64,000 nt of DNA from Octopus sinensis (taxonomy: Eukaryota). Positions 1 through 11,559 of this stretch are shown piece by piece. Location: assembly GCF_006345805.1 (NCBI RefSeq), contig NC_043005.1:93062001-93126000 (forward strand), read 5' to 3'. Within the stretch, counting starts at the first letter, position 1. The number at the start of each line of letters is the position of its first letter. Both the position numbers and the translations under genes were made by a program. Under the pieces are notes generated by a model. That model saw only the letters and a list, made by a program, of their open reading frames with translations. It was not told the origin of the DNA and did not search any database.

Positions 1-316
1 GTATGGAAGGTGAACATTATAGGATGATATTCATGTATTTGTATCTATCTGGAAATATCAAGGTTTTGCCTACTTAGATTATAACTTGAAATATAAATTA
101 TTAAAAATAAAAGTAAATTGTTTCTAATTCAGTTCAAAGATGTTAATTAAGGAATCCAAAGAGTTTAGTCACAATTTCCAGTGCCTTTCAATCTGAATGT
201 TAAATCACAATGCTATCAATTCCACCGCCTGTGATGTCAGCTTCTCAACTGTGATACAAAAATTTTACTTTCATTCATTGTTATTACAGAGTGAGGTGTG
301 TGTGTGTGTGTGTGTG

Positions 317-1146
317 TATGACAGGCATTCAAAAAGTAATCAATTTTATATTTTCCCATCAAATCTAATGCTGTGTGAGCAAAATCCTTTGGGGGTGGGG
401 GAGGTGACACCACCATTCCTGTGCATGCATGAAAATTTTTGTGCTGGTAGGCCATGTCTGTTCCTGGCTGTTACACCTACAGTACAAAAGTGTAGAGATA
501 TTGCATCAAGTTTTGCCAAAAGCTTGATGATATTCCAACTCAAACACCATCAAGAAGATTCAACAGATCTTTGGCGATGATGCCATGGGCAAAACTTAGA
601 TCAAGGTGTAACTGCACCTCAGAGGAAAGCTAGGCACATTAAGGCAGGCCATCCAGAAGCTGAAATGAGGAACCGATTAAGAAGTTTTGGTGGATAGTCA
701 TGGAAGACTGCCATGTAACAATCCAGGAAATTGCTCACAAAGTGAGAATAAGCACAGGGTTAGTGCATTCTATTTTAATGGAGGATTTGTGCTTGTGGAG
801 GGTGTTGGCAAAATTCATCTCCATGGTACTGGCAGAACAGCAGAAGCAACTTTGCATGGAAATTGTCCAAGATATGCAGAATTGTACAAACCACGACCAA
901 AACTTCATGAAGACCATCATCACTGGTGATAAGACATGAGTTCATGGCCTCTGCTCTGACGGGCACACACTACATGTCTGTACTCTAGGCATAACAGCCA
1001 GGAATTGACACAGCCTACCAGCATGAAAATTCTCACATATGTGCAGGAAGGATGGCATCACCACCCACCCAAAGGATTTTGCATATTTAACATTAGTTTT
1101 GGCAGGAATAAAAAAATCAAGTCAGATGCCTTTTGAACGCACCATA
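317..1146 (+). mobile_element. Internally deleted, decayed mariner element with long (~170 bp) inverted ends
   Basis: Frameshifted N-terminus RYCIKFCQKL...TIKKIQQIFGDDAMGKT. ORF 700-939 (VTIQEIAHKVRISTGLVHSILMEDLCLWRVLAKFI...IITGDKT) matches the mariner HTH region up to the first catalytic Asp (TGDETW). 317-492 is the diverged reverse complement of ~968-1146, with TA at both outer ends. Confidence 0.85.
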
Positions 1147-1322
1147 TATATATATATATATAAATTATAATTGAGGGTATTTAAAAGATACCACCATGCT
1201 AGAGACAGCAGTCAAAACTTGACTCTAAAACCACATCAAATATTCATACAACACCAGGATAGATAAAGAGACTAAACTAGCAAAAAATTATTGGATAATA
1301 TATAAATTTATATATATATAAA

Positions 1323-1359
<37 letters not shown>

Positions 1360-1948
1360 GAGAGAGAGAGCTACTTGTCCATATATTTGCTTTGCAGCTG
1401 TGGTTTCAAATGAAAACATTCAGATTGCTGTGAGTATGTTTTGAAGAAGAGTTGTTTGAAAAATGATACGTTTGTATTATATCTGAATTGATAGTTACTG
1501 CAACATGGTTCAGAATTTGAAATTTCGCTTTAATGGGGTGAATATGTTAGGAATCCAGTAATTTTGTTAACCGTGCAGTTTGTATTTTGTGTGTGTTTGA
1601 ATGATGTCACTTAAAATATGATGGAAAGTTTCACTATTTATAATTTTTTGTACATAACTTAAAGTGGTGTTGTTTTCCTTAGAATTTTGGGAATCATAAT
1701 TTTTGCAATGGTATTTTAGATCTTGTTTCTGTGGTTGATTAGCTTCAGGTCAACTCTGATTAAAGTTATTTGGCCACAAGTATTCCATCTTTAATTTTTT
1801 CAGACCTGTGTATCTTGAGCTACATTTTCCAATGTGTCCAGGATGTGATTTATGTGAGAATTGGTTGATATTTCTAACAGATTTTGTGATTATTTCTGAT
1901 AGCAGAAACTATTTTCAAACTAGATTCTAAAGTAATGCCTTCTTGCTG

Positions 1949-2474
1949 GCTGGACCACATACCCTGGTTAGCTTTGAAAGCTGGACCACATACCCTGGTT
2001 AGCTTTGCTGGCTGGACCACATACCCTGGTTAGCTTTGAAGGCTGGACCACATACCCTGGTTAGCTTTGAAGGCTGGACCACATAACCTGGTTAGCTTTG
2101 AAGGCTGGACCACATACCCTGGTTAGCTTTGAAGGCTGGACCACATACCCTGGTTAGCTTTGAAGGCTGGACCACCTACCCTGGTTAGCTTTGCTGGCTG
2201 GACCACATACCCTGGTTAGCTTTGAAGGCTGGACCACATAACCTGGTTAGCTTTGAAGGCTGGACCACATACCCTGGTTAGCTTTGAAGGCTGGACCACA
2301 TACCCTGGTTAGCTTTGAAGGCTGGACCACATACCCTGGTTAGCTTTGAAGGCTGGACCACATACCCTGGTTAGCTTTGAAGGCTGGATCACATACCCTG
2401 GTTAGCTTTACTGTCTGGACCACATACCCTGGTTAGCTTTGAAGGCTGGACCACATACCCTGGCTAGCTTTGAA
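1949..2474. repeat. 31-bp minisatellite, 17 tandem copies (GCTGGACCACATACCCTGGTTAGCTTTGAAG)
   Basis: Units counted directly at 31-bp spacing from 1949 to 2445. There are no spacers. Confidence 0.95.
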
Positions 2475-2994
2475 CATGTAGTCTTAAGGATTTTTACTTC
2501 TTTCTTTTTCTTTTCTACTTATTGCTATCATCTTCTTCCTCTGTTTCTGTTGGTCACTGTTTTTTTTTTTCTTAAATATGTCTATGAAAATATTTCTATG
2601 CAATATTAACAAAGAACTGGTGTAGAATGCAGAAATGGTAGAAATTCCCATTATTGTCAAAGAATAATCAGTAACTAATGTTTATGATGATGGTGCTGCA
2701 GCCTGTGTTGTGCAGATGGTAGCACTTGTACACTAGTAGTGTCCTAGCAACAAATGTTGCAGATATGAAGTTCCCATAAAACTATTTGCCTGTTTAGTAG
2801 AACTGTTGGAATAGATGTCATTTGCTGTCTTTATGAGGAAATATATTTTCATGAAATGTTAACAAAATGTCACATTCAACTAAATTCTTATATCTTTGCT
2901 TATAATTTGTGTCTGTGTTTGAGTCTGACTGGAGTATTTCCTGTATTTGTGTCTGTATATATTTCTTTATGAACATTCTTGTGCATCATAAATG

Positions 2995-3012
2995 GATGCA
3001 TGTATGATGTGA

Positions 3013-3094
<82 letters not shown>

Positions 3095-3110
3095 TTATGT
3101 GTGTGTGTTT
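2995..3110. repeat. Compound (TA)n/(CA)n/(TG)n microsatellite
   Basis: Direct reading; it is the source of several spurious ORFs in the track. Confidence 0.9.
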
Positions 3111-4468
3111 GAGCAGACTTGTGAGATTTACTCATTGCTTAATTTGCTTCCCGGTGGCGTTAGCAATGGTCTGCTTGACATTGCAGTGTGACTTATTATC
3201 AGTAGTAAATTGTTTCATATTCGTCTGCCTGTTTTCAACTAATCTCTCTTGGCTCGCTTCCCAGCTGTCATTCACAGCAATCTAAAAGTATCATTTGATG
3301 TCAAACAAAACATTTCTTTCGGTCGGTTGCTCACATTAGTTCAGATTGTCAAATCAGACACTGAGGCAAGCTGTACTTCAACCACTCAATATTTGCATTG
3401 TTCTTGCTATGCACTTACCTGCTTTATTCTTCATTTTTACTATTTTTATTTGCAAATGAGATTTCAGAGATAGAGAGAAAGAGTTGTGTGAAAGTAAAAT
3501 TGATTAAAGCACACTTGACATGTGTTCAAACTTTGTTCTTGTGCAAGAAAGTTTACTTTGCTTAAAACAAAATCTAAGAACTTCAATACTACTACTCACA
3601 TGACATGATTGAATAGTTAGCTGTAAGAAGCGCATCCTGCTATCAAACATGTACCCAAAGAATTTACATATTTACGCTTGGAAGTGTGTAACAATAACTC
3701 ATAAAAGAAGAAAACTAACAGAGACATTATTAGCAAAGAGACATTAGCACTGAACAAAGAAACTTTAAGAGAAGAATTTACAGCGGTTGATTCATCTTGT
3801 GAAGGAACAGAACATCTAGTGAATAGCAAATTAGTGACTGATGTAAAAGTTTGTGGCCTTATAAATGAAAAGACAGGTGTGTGTGTGTGTATGCTTATGT
3901 ACATATTCAGTGACTATGTTTACATGATTCATTGTAGTTTTTGTGTGTGTGTTGATGGTGAAGCAATTTTGATTTGGGTTCCAATCAACAAATTCAATAA
4001 TTATGTAACTAGAAACTTTACCGTGGAATGTTACATTTCAGAGCATACAAGTTGAAGACAAGATCTGAAGTTAAATTGACTGACTGCGATTTTCATTCAA
4101 TTGCTTAAAAGAAATGTGATAGATTTGGTTTTTCAAGTTTTGCAATGTCTGTGTTGACTGACAGAATGTTATTGAAATATGAAAGGCACTTAACTTTTGT
4201 TGAAATTTACTACAAATATTTGAATTTACAGAACATCCCAAACACATTCAATATTTTCTTCTATCTGAAGTTTTTCTTTCACTTAAAGAACTTTCATTTT
4301 CATCCTGCATCTCTTACATCTCTGACGCCTTCTTTAACCCGTTTCATATCAACCAGTCTGAAACCAATGGTGGCTTTATCATAAAAATTTCCAGTTTTAA
4401 AATGATGTAAAACCATCCTTCAAACGTTTGTCACTATTCAAACATAAATTAACAAAGTTATTTCATTA

Positions 4469-4784
4469 TTCCAGTTCTATATTTAAGAGATGAGGAATTA
4501 TGTACATTATTTACATTTGATGGATATTTGTCCTCATCTTGTTTGTTGCTAACACAACGTTTCAGCTGATATACTCTCCAGCCTTCATCAGGTGTCATGG
4601 GGAAATTTCAAACCTGGGTTCTCATTCCTAAGGTATTTTTCAATGTTGTTGTTATTATTATCATTGTTCATTCAGGTCACTGCCTCCGCCATATGCCTGT
4701 GGGTATGAGCGTGGGTATATCAGCTGGAAAGTTGTGTTAACAACAAACAAGATGAGGACAAATATCCATCAAATGTAAATAATG
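4469..4784 (-). mobile_element. Non-autonomous Penelope-like (PLE-derived) insert with 71-bp internal inverted repeat and 11-bp TSD
   Basis: TTATTTCATTA is duplicated at 4458-4468 and 4785-4795. 4504-4574 is inverted at 4715-4785 (68/71). It carries the CTGATGAAGG...GAAACG motif typical of PLE pseudo-LTRs. Confidence 0.7.
4551..4596 (-). ncRNA. Minimal type I hammerhead ribozyme motif
   Basis: RNA GACAC-CUGAUGA-A-GGCUG-GAGAGUAUAU-CAGCU-GAA-ACGU-U-GUGUU. Helix I is GACAC/GUGUU, helix II is GGCUG/CAGCU, helix III is the palindrome ACGU, and the cleavage triplet is GUU. Confidence 0.75.
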
Positions 4785-4971
4785 TTATTTCATTAAATTC
4801 TTTATTTTCAAAATTAATTGAAACAAATGTAGTGTATTTCTAATGAAATATGGTAACAAATGGGTTAATGAGGCAATGGGCTGTCAATGGTTTTGAATTC
4901 ACGTTCAACATATCAGATATGATCTACTGTTAAGGCAAATGTCAATTCTTTTTTTTTTTTTTTTGTCATTA

Positions 4972-5364
4972 CTAGCAGTATCGCCTGGTGTTGCTCGGGT
5001 TTGTAAGGGAAATAACTATATAAGCATTTTTAGAGAGTTATAGCCAAAAGATAGCAAAAAAATGCATTAAAAATGGGAAAAAAATGGTTAAATTTTTTTA
5101 AATCGTTGACTCATCGTAGACATTTTTAGAGAGTTACTTCCCTTATATAATAGCGAAAAAATGCATTAAAATGGGAAAAAATTATGGTAAATTTTTTTTA
5201 AATCGTAGACTCATCGTAGATGTGTGCTTATACCCAGAAGGGATCGATATGAATCACAACTATAAGATACCCGGCTTTGGTTAAACTGCACCGCAAAATG
5301 TGGGAGTAGTTAGGAATCTAAATCGTAGGAGACAGACACACAACTTGACTTTTATATATAAAGA
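4972..5364 (-). mobile_element. Non-autonomous Helitron
   Basis: On the minus strand: A|TC 5' start (TCTTTATATATAAAAG), CTAG|T 3' end, GC-rich subterminal hairpin-like CCCGAGCAACACCAGG, and an internal ~95-bp tandem duplication. Confidence 0.8.
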
Positions 5365-6077
5365 TTTCTAAATTAGAATGTTGTGAATCTTCTTTTCCTC
5401 TTTCTTATCATCACTGGTTATATGTACATTTTAAAATCTCGGCACAAATTAATCTCTGTATTGCTAAATCCAATATCATTCCTTTCATAAAAATTTTCTG
5501 ATATCTGTTGCCACTAGCCTTTCCCAGATTTTAGTTTTAATTACTTTTGCCAGGCCTTTAAGACTAGCAACATTATTATGGTTGTTGATCCATTTGAATT
5601 TTGGGAAGTTGATGTCTGTGAGAAAGACAAAAGCAGGGAAAGAAATCCAAACATTTGCAATTGTGGGTGGAAAGATTGAGAAAAGTCTGAAAATTTGCAT
5701 TTATTTTTAAGGTGGGACATAAAAGGGACAATGAATGGGAAAAGGAAAAATGGGTGCATCAGGGGGTTCATATGACTGAGAAGGGAGGCACATTCAGAAG
5801 AATAACAAAAGGTGGGGGTTGATTTATAATCAGTTCTCTTAGCTTTAAAATGTTGGAAGTGAAAATAATGATGATGATGATGACATCAGTCTTTCTCTCT
5901 CACTTGATCTAAAACAGTTCTGAATCATTTTAATATTTTGTTTGAGTTTAGCAATTAACACATTCACTCTTTATTTTATTCTTTCTTTTAAGAACTTTAA
6001 AAATAAAGGCCAAAAGAAATAGTTAATAGCATGTATATGTATATGTTAAAAAATTTGCAAATGTAAATTATCTGTCA

Positions 6078-6117
<40 letters not shown>

Positions 6118-7689
6118 CTCTTTCTCTCTCTGAAAGGTTCTGTTATCTATCAAACCATAAAACTTCAATTTGCAAACTAATAATGGGTTTTCTTATGATG
6201 ATAAAATTCAAATTAGAAATGACATGTTTTGCTGCAGGATCCTAGTGGAGTGCCTCCTCAAATGTTCAAATATTTGTCACTTTTGAGTGTCTTGTCATTC
6301 ACAAGTCACCCTACTCAATGTCAACACAACTGTCTCTCCAAATACTAACAGTTCCAGAAAGAAGGTTACATGAGTGTTTATGGACATAACACAAATACAT
6401 GCATGTAGACACATGGTGCACATGGACCAAAAGAAAGCAATTTATTCTGTAACTTAGTATATTTATTTGTATGTCAGAAATTTAGATTATTGATTGTGTG
6501 ATGATAGTCAAAGTTGCAGTTTATTATTGAAGAAGACAAATGTTGTTTTTGTTTGTGAATTAATATTCATCCTTGATTTGTTTGTTTTTGGAGAAGAAAA
6601 ATCTTTAAAAATATTAATGAATATAAACTAAACATAATTGTTTATTTTATACCTGAAATATGTTTAGAAACAAAAAAAAAAAAAAGCAAGAGTTTTAAAA
6701 TTTTGTTGGTTTAGTTTGGTCTTAAAAGAAAAAGATTTGGGGAAAAAAATACTAACTAAAAGAGCTGTATGTAGAACTCAAATAGAAAAGTATTGTTTGG
6801 TTCATTAAAGTTGTTTTCGTTTCTGTTTTAATTGGAAAACAGAAAACAAACAAGAAAGAGTATTTTAAATTGTATTTTATTAATTTTTGTTCAGTTTATT
6901 TTAATTTGTATTTTTCCTGAGTGATAAAATCAAGGCTTTGGCACCAACAGTGTGTAATGCAACTTTCTACATTTTGACTTCCATGTGGTTTGTTGCGTCA
7001 ATTAATTAACTATATATAGTCGTTCTCCTAACAGTTCTTTTGAGGTCTCTTATATTTTCTTTTCAAGAAAGATTCTATTTCAAGTATGTGTATGTTTGTG
7101 TATGAGGGTCGGATGGGGGCATATGTCTATTTGTTATGTTGTCTCTTTATTTATTTAAACTGTTTAACTTCTAAAACCAAAATTGAAAGAAGAAAATCTT
7201 TCTTTTTCTGGTGGTAGTTGGTATGTTAAAATCTCTTCCACCACAATCCTTCAAAATACTATTTATATATTTAAGCAAATGTTGTAGAACTATTATGTCA
7301 ACAATTTTTATAGCTGAATTGAGTGTTTTTAGTTGGGTTTGGGGGTCATAAGGAGAGAAGAGTGTCATCCTTTATGTGCTTTTTATTGGCTTTTGCCTTT
7401 TCCCTTTCCATAAATCATTAACAAGGAAGATTGAGATTTAGGAAAGAATCTCATTTTGGAAGATAATGTAGTCGTCACCAGTATCATCTAAGACTAAGAC
7501 TACATATTAATGTCAGTGGTGGTGGTGGTGGTGGTTTTGATAATGTTTACACTTGTGATGCCAGGGTGCAGCAGAGTGCAAGGTATTGCACTCAACAGAA
7601 ATGAAAATTTCAGGTTAATTGTTGTTGCTCATAGTTTTCGTTAAACTTTTTAATATATTACATAATAGTTACTGTTGTTGCCATCATCA

Positions 7690-7900
7690 TCATCATCATC
7701 ATCATCATCTTTTATGCCTGACATAGGTTGAATGGTTTGATAGGATCCAATTTAATTTGAGGACTGTGTTATGCTCCAACATCTTTGGAATGGTTTCTAT
7801 GGCTGGATGCCCTTCCTAATACCAACCACTTTACTGCATGGACTGAGTGCTTTTGTCTTGGCACCAATCCCAGTGAGGCCACCATGTGAATGGCAAGACT
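7690..7900 (-). mobile_element. RTE LINE 3' tail fragment
   Basis: (CAT)n followed by ...GGCTGGATGCCCTTCCTAAT..., the same tail as the RTE at 57395-58590. Confidence 0.7.
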
Positions 7901-8999
7901 CTTTGACTGAGTGGGAGCGTTACAGAGACGGTGGGGGAGGGCAGCTTTATGTTAGGTGTTGAAGGGTTAAAGTATGAAAGAAGGGCTGGGAACAGGTGTT
8001 TTGCTGTAGAGAAACTACATGCCTACTTTCCATGATATAAGATTTTTTGGGATTAATCAGGGTGGAACTGGAAAGAGAGATAAAGTTGCTTACCTGTTTA
8101 CAGTCATTGAACTGAGGGAATGGGGAATGCCTTGAAAGTTTTTTTGTAGTTGATCACATCATTCCTGGTGCTTATTGTAATGGTTTCTGTTTCTTTGTGC
8201 CTCTAAGATTCTAGACATAAACAAAAACATAGCTTTTTTTTGTTCAGGTGCTATCAATGTAAAAACAGAGGCACACACACACACACACAACAAGCTTCTA
8301 CTGAAGATGTTATGCAGCAGGATCAAACCCATGACCACATGGTTGCCTATCAAACTTCTCATCTACACAGCCACACCTTTGCCTATATTTGTGTATGTTC
8401 ACACACGCAGGCACATGTACATACACACTCACGTTTTTCTGTATGTTAGTATGTTTGTGCATAGAGACAAATGTGTTCTGTTTGTATGTGTTGGTCTATG
8501 TACACTTTATAATATGCATGCAAATACTTGAATGTTTATTCGTGTTTCTGAGTCCACACACACACACAGCAACAGTATGTAATCGGTGTATTGCAGCATT
8601 ACACACACGCACACATGCAAGCACACACACGTGTACTATTTGTTTCTATCTGACAAATATTTAGCATCACAGAAGGCCTTGGCATAGCTCTTTGTAGTTT
8701 CCACAGTATTGTTTGTTTTATGGGTGAAGGTCTGCTCGTCCAACAACAAACCTTTCTTTTTTCCTCTGTGATCTAAGAAAACACTTGTGAATTATACACG
8801 AGCAACATGTTGTCGTACCACTTTCAGGCTAGATGAACTTGTCTGATGGGTGTTTAATGCCCTGGCTGTGAACATAAGACAATGCAAGTGACGAGATATT
8901 AACAGCTGACCTCTGGATTGGTTGTTGAACATTAACTCTGCCGTTGATTCATTCCCTATTTGAACAGAAATAATGGGTGGTAGCGATGGATAATAACAA

Positions 9000-9205
9000 T
9001 AATCCCCTCCATCATAGGTTCATGGCCTGACATATTTTTTGCGGGGGAGGGGGGGGTCAAGTGAATTATATCAACCTCAGTATTTGACTGGTATTTATTT
9101 CTTCAAATTTGCTTTGGCAGCATTTGAACTCAGAATGTAAAGTTGGATGAAATACCACTAAGCATTTTGTCCGGCATGCTAACAATTCTGCCAGCTCATC
9201 ACCTT
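9000..9205 (-). mobile_element. tRNA-derived SINE, family A
   Basis: Reverse complement of the GAGCTGGCAGAAT...CTGAGTTCAAAT head seen in many other copies. Confidence 0.75.
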
Positions 9206-11327
9206 AATAATAATAATAATAATAATCTTCTAAAGGCACAAGTCCTGAAATTAGTGGTCAAGGGACTAGTTGATTACATTGACCAAATAAAGGAAGACAG
9301 CAATGAAAGCTACAAGTACATGCAGAGTTCACGGAATAAAACACAAAATGACAGAAGAGGGAAGAGTAAAAAAGGGTGCTTAGGCAGGTCAGAAGTTTCA
9401 GTAAATTTTGGGAAGCATGGAATTGTTGAAGGGTGCAATATCTTGACAGCTAACAACTGATGTTGGTAATCTTTTCCATGTCTTGGCAATTCTTTATATG
9501 GAAAAACGTTTTTGGAATTTATGAGCAAATTGTAATATGTGTGTTTACAAAAGACGTCTTTTTTTTTTTCCTCATTTTCTTTGTAAGACTTTCACTTGTA
9601 TATTGTATGGTGAAAAGATAGTTGATTCCTTTTTCATTGAAGAACATTTTGCTTCCATTGTTTGTTCTTCTGTTTGGTGATATAAGAACATTGTTGGTAG
9701 GACTAATGGAAAGGTGACATGTGACAGGGTGCACTGTTGATAATAAGTGTGTTGTGGTTTGATGTTCATCAGGATTATTCTTGCTTTTACTGTTGCCATG
9801 CTGGGGAACCACCTTCAAGGATTCTATTTGTTCATATAGATCCCTCCCCGCAGTACTTATTCCAGTCTGGTATTTATGTTATTGATTGAATTAAGTCAAT
9901 AAATCAATCAATATGGTTCAATCATATCAAATTCCAGTACTGGTTATTGATTTTATTGAGGTCGAACCACTAATTCACAGGTCACCATGTAAATCCAGCA
10001 TGAGTTGACTGGAGGCAAATGTCTTTATGCAGGCAACAGGCTTTCACATGCTTTCCATCTCCCAAATTCTTCTCCCAGACCAGTGGTCAACAAGGGGCTA
10101 CAAGTCAGCCACAGTACCATACTGAGAGACTGAACTGACAACCACAGGCTTGTGAAACTACCATCTTTTTAATTTGTCGATTTAATTTTTAGTAAAACTT
10201 CTTCCACTTCTGTTTAAAATTCTTTCAACAAACCTGCATGCAACTGGATTTTAAAAAACGAAACTTAGATTATTCTCCAAATTTCAATGATTATTTTTTT
10301 GTGTTGATGAGTTTCAAACTTCAGTTTTTGTATTACTTGATTGATGTCGTCATTCAAGGTTGGTTTCTTTTCTTTTACATTTGTTTCATTTTACATAGCT
10401 GATGCATGTATTGGTCCATTGTTCCAATTCGTTTAGTAATTCTTTTCTTTTTATTGACGAAATTATCTACACTTTCTTCTTTTTAAATTGTTTTTTTTTT
10501 ATATACCTCCATATATTTTTATCCTTACCATTTATATCTTGAGCGCATGCACTCACACACATCACGCATGCACTCACACACCCACACACATATACAAATA
10601 TTGCTGAATATATTTGTATAGATGTGTGTGTGTGTGTGTGTTTAAGCAATAAAAATACGCTTTATGAAGGCAGCAAGCAACCCCACCACCCACCCTGCAG
10701 AAGTCTTTGTTTATATCTCTGCAGTTTTACAACTAATTTGCTTAGTTATTTCATAATTGTAATCTATTTGTATGTTTGGAGATAAGACTTAAGTAATTAA
10801 GCTATCTTGTGGAATATATTTTCAGTGATAAACAAGAACCATTCGTAATCCCAAATGGCATTTATAGAGGATAATTGAACATGGAAAACGAACTGCAGAC
10901 ATGCGTGCATGACTGCGCACATATCCCCTCTACCCATTCTTACTGATTTTTATTCTGCTTTAGTCAACCATTAATAAAAAAATGAAGCTTGTTGCTTTAC
11001 TTCTTCGTAACGATGAATTTGTCTATCAATGCTGTTTTTCTATGACGGAATATTTTGTGTTGAAATTTCATTATAGTTATGTCACTATCTTATTCCTCTA
11101 TGGTTGATATAGTTTTACCAGTTAAATTCTCACAATCAGTTGATTGCTTACACATGGTTCTGTTAAAGAAAGGACTTTTTTTTTTATATAAGAAATATTA
11201 CTTTTATTGTATATTAAACCAGATACATTATCAAGATTGAATTTTTGTTATGGCTATCAGCTGCCCCTGGACATGTTTATCACTTTAGTCATGGCCTTTT
11301 GCCCAAAATCGCATTTGTTGATATTAC

Positions 11328-11559
11328 TTAACCCATTAAGTCCCACTGTCCTATAAATAGGGCACTAAATGAGAACATTAAATAAGCTATATCACATTGT
11401 CTCAGTGTCCTATTTATAGGACACCGAGTATTTCCATTTCTACTTGAAATAAAGGAATTTTAATAATAATTTTTTTCATTTTAATCTATTTTCAATCATC
11501 TGTCAAAATTTAAAAGTAATCTACAGAAATTTAAGTACTCTGGGACCTTATTAGGTTAA
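11328..11559. mobile_element. TTAA-flanked MITE (family M2) with subterminal palindrome
   Basis: Ends TTAACCCATTAAGTCCCA and TGGGACCTTATTAGGTTAA. Internal inverted pair TGTCCTATAAATAGGGCACT / AGTGTCCTATTTATAGGACA. Confidence 0.6.

Larger units (their letters stand above)
4334..4868 (-). mobile_element. TTAA-flanked piggyBac-like MITE (family M1), interrupted by an insertion at 4469-4784
   Basis: Ends TTAACCCGTTTCATATC and GTAACAAATGGGTTAA. The halves are collinear with the intact copy at 46034-46256. Confidence 0.65.

Noticed and set aside
1949-2474. CRISPR-like array (31-bp repeat)
   Set aside because: Units are directly abutting with no unique spacers, there are no cas genes, and the context is eukaryotic.
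3617-3904. Overlapping open frames: a minus-strand 95-aa ORF and a plus-strand KKKTNRD...INEKT ending at a GT donor
   Set aside because: No recognisable domain, no good acceptor or start for the + frame, and ORFs on both strands are compatible with chance.
5485-5700. Minus-strand acceptor-like tract followed by INFPKFKWINNH...KFL*
   Set aside because: The pyrimidine tract reflects general strand bias here. No partner exons or family could be assigned.
8240-8449. Exon-like segment after a good acceptor (...STEDVMQQDQTHDH...)
   Set aside because: It runs through and into (CA)n/(TG)n repeats, two frames are equally plausible, and there is no clear donor.
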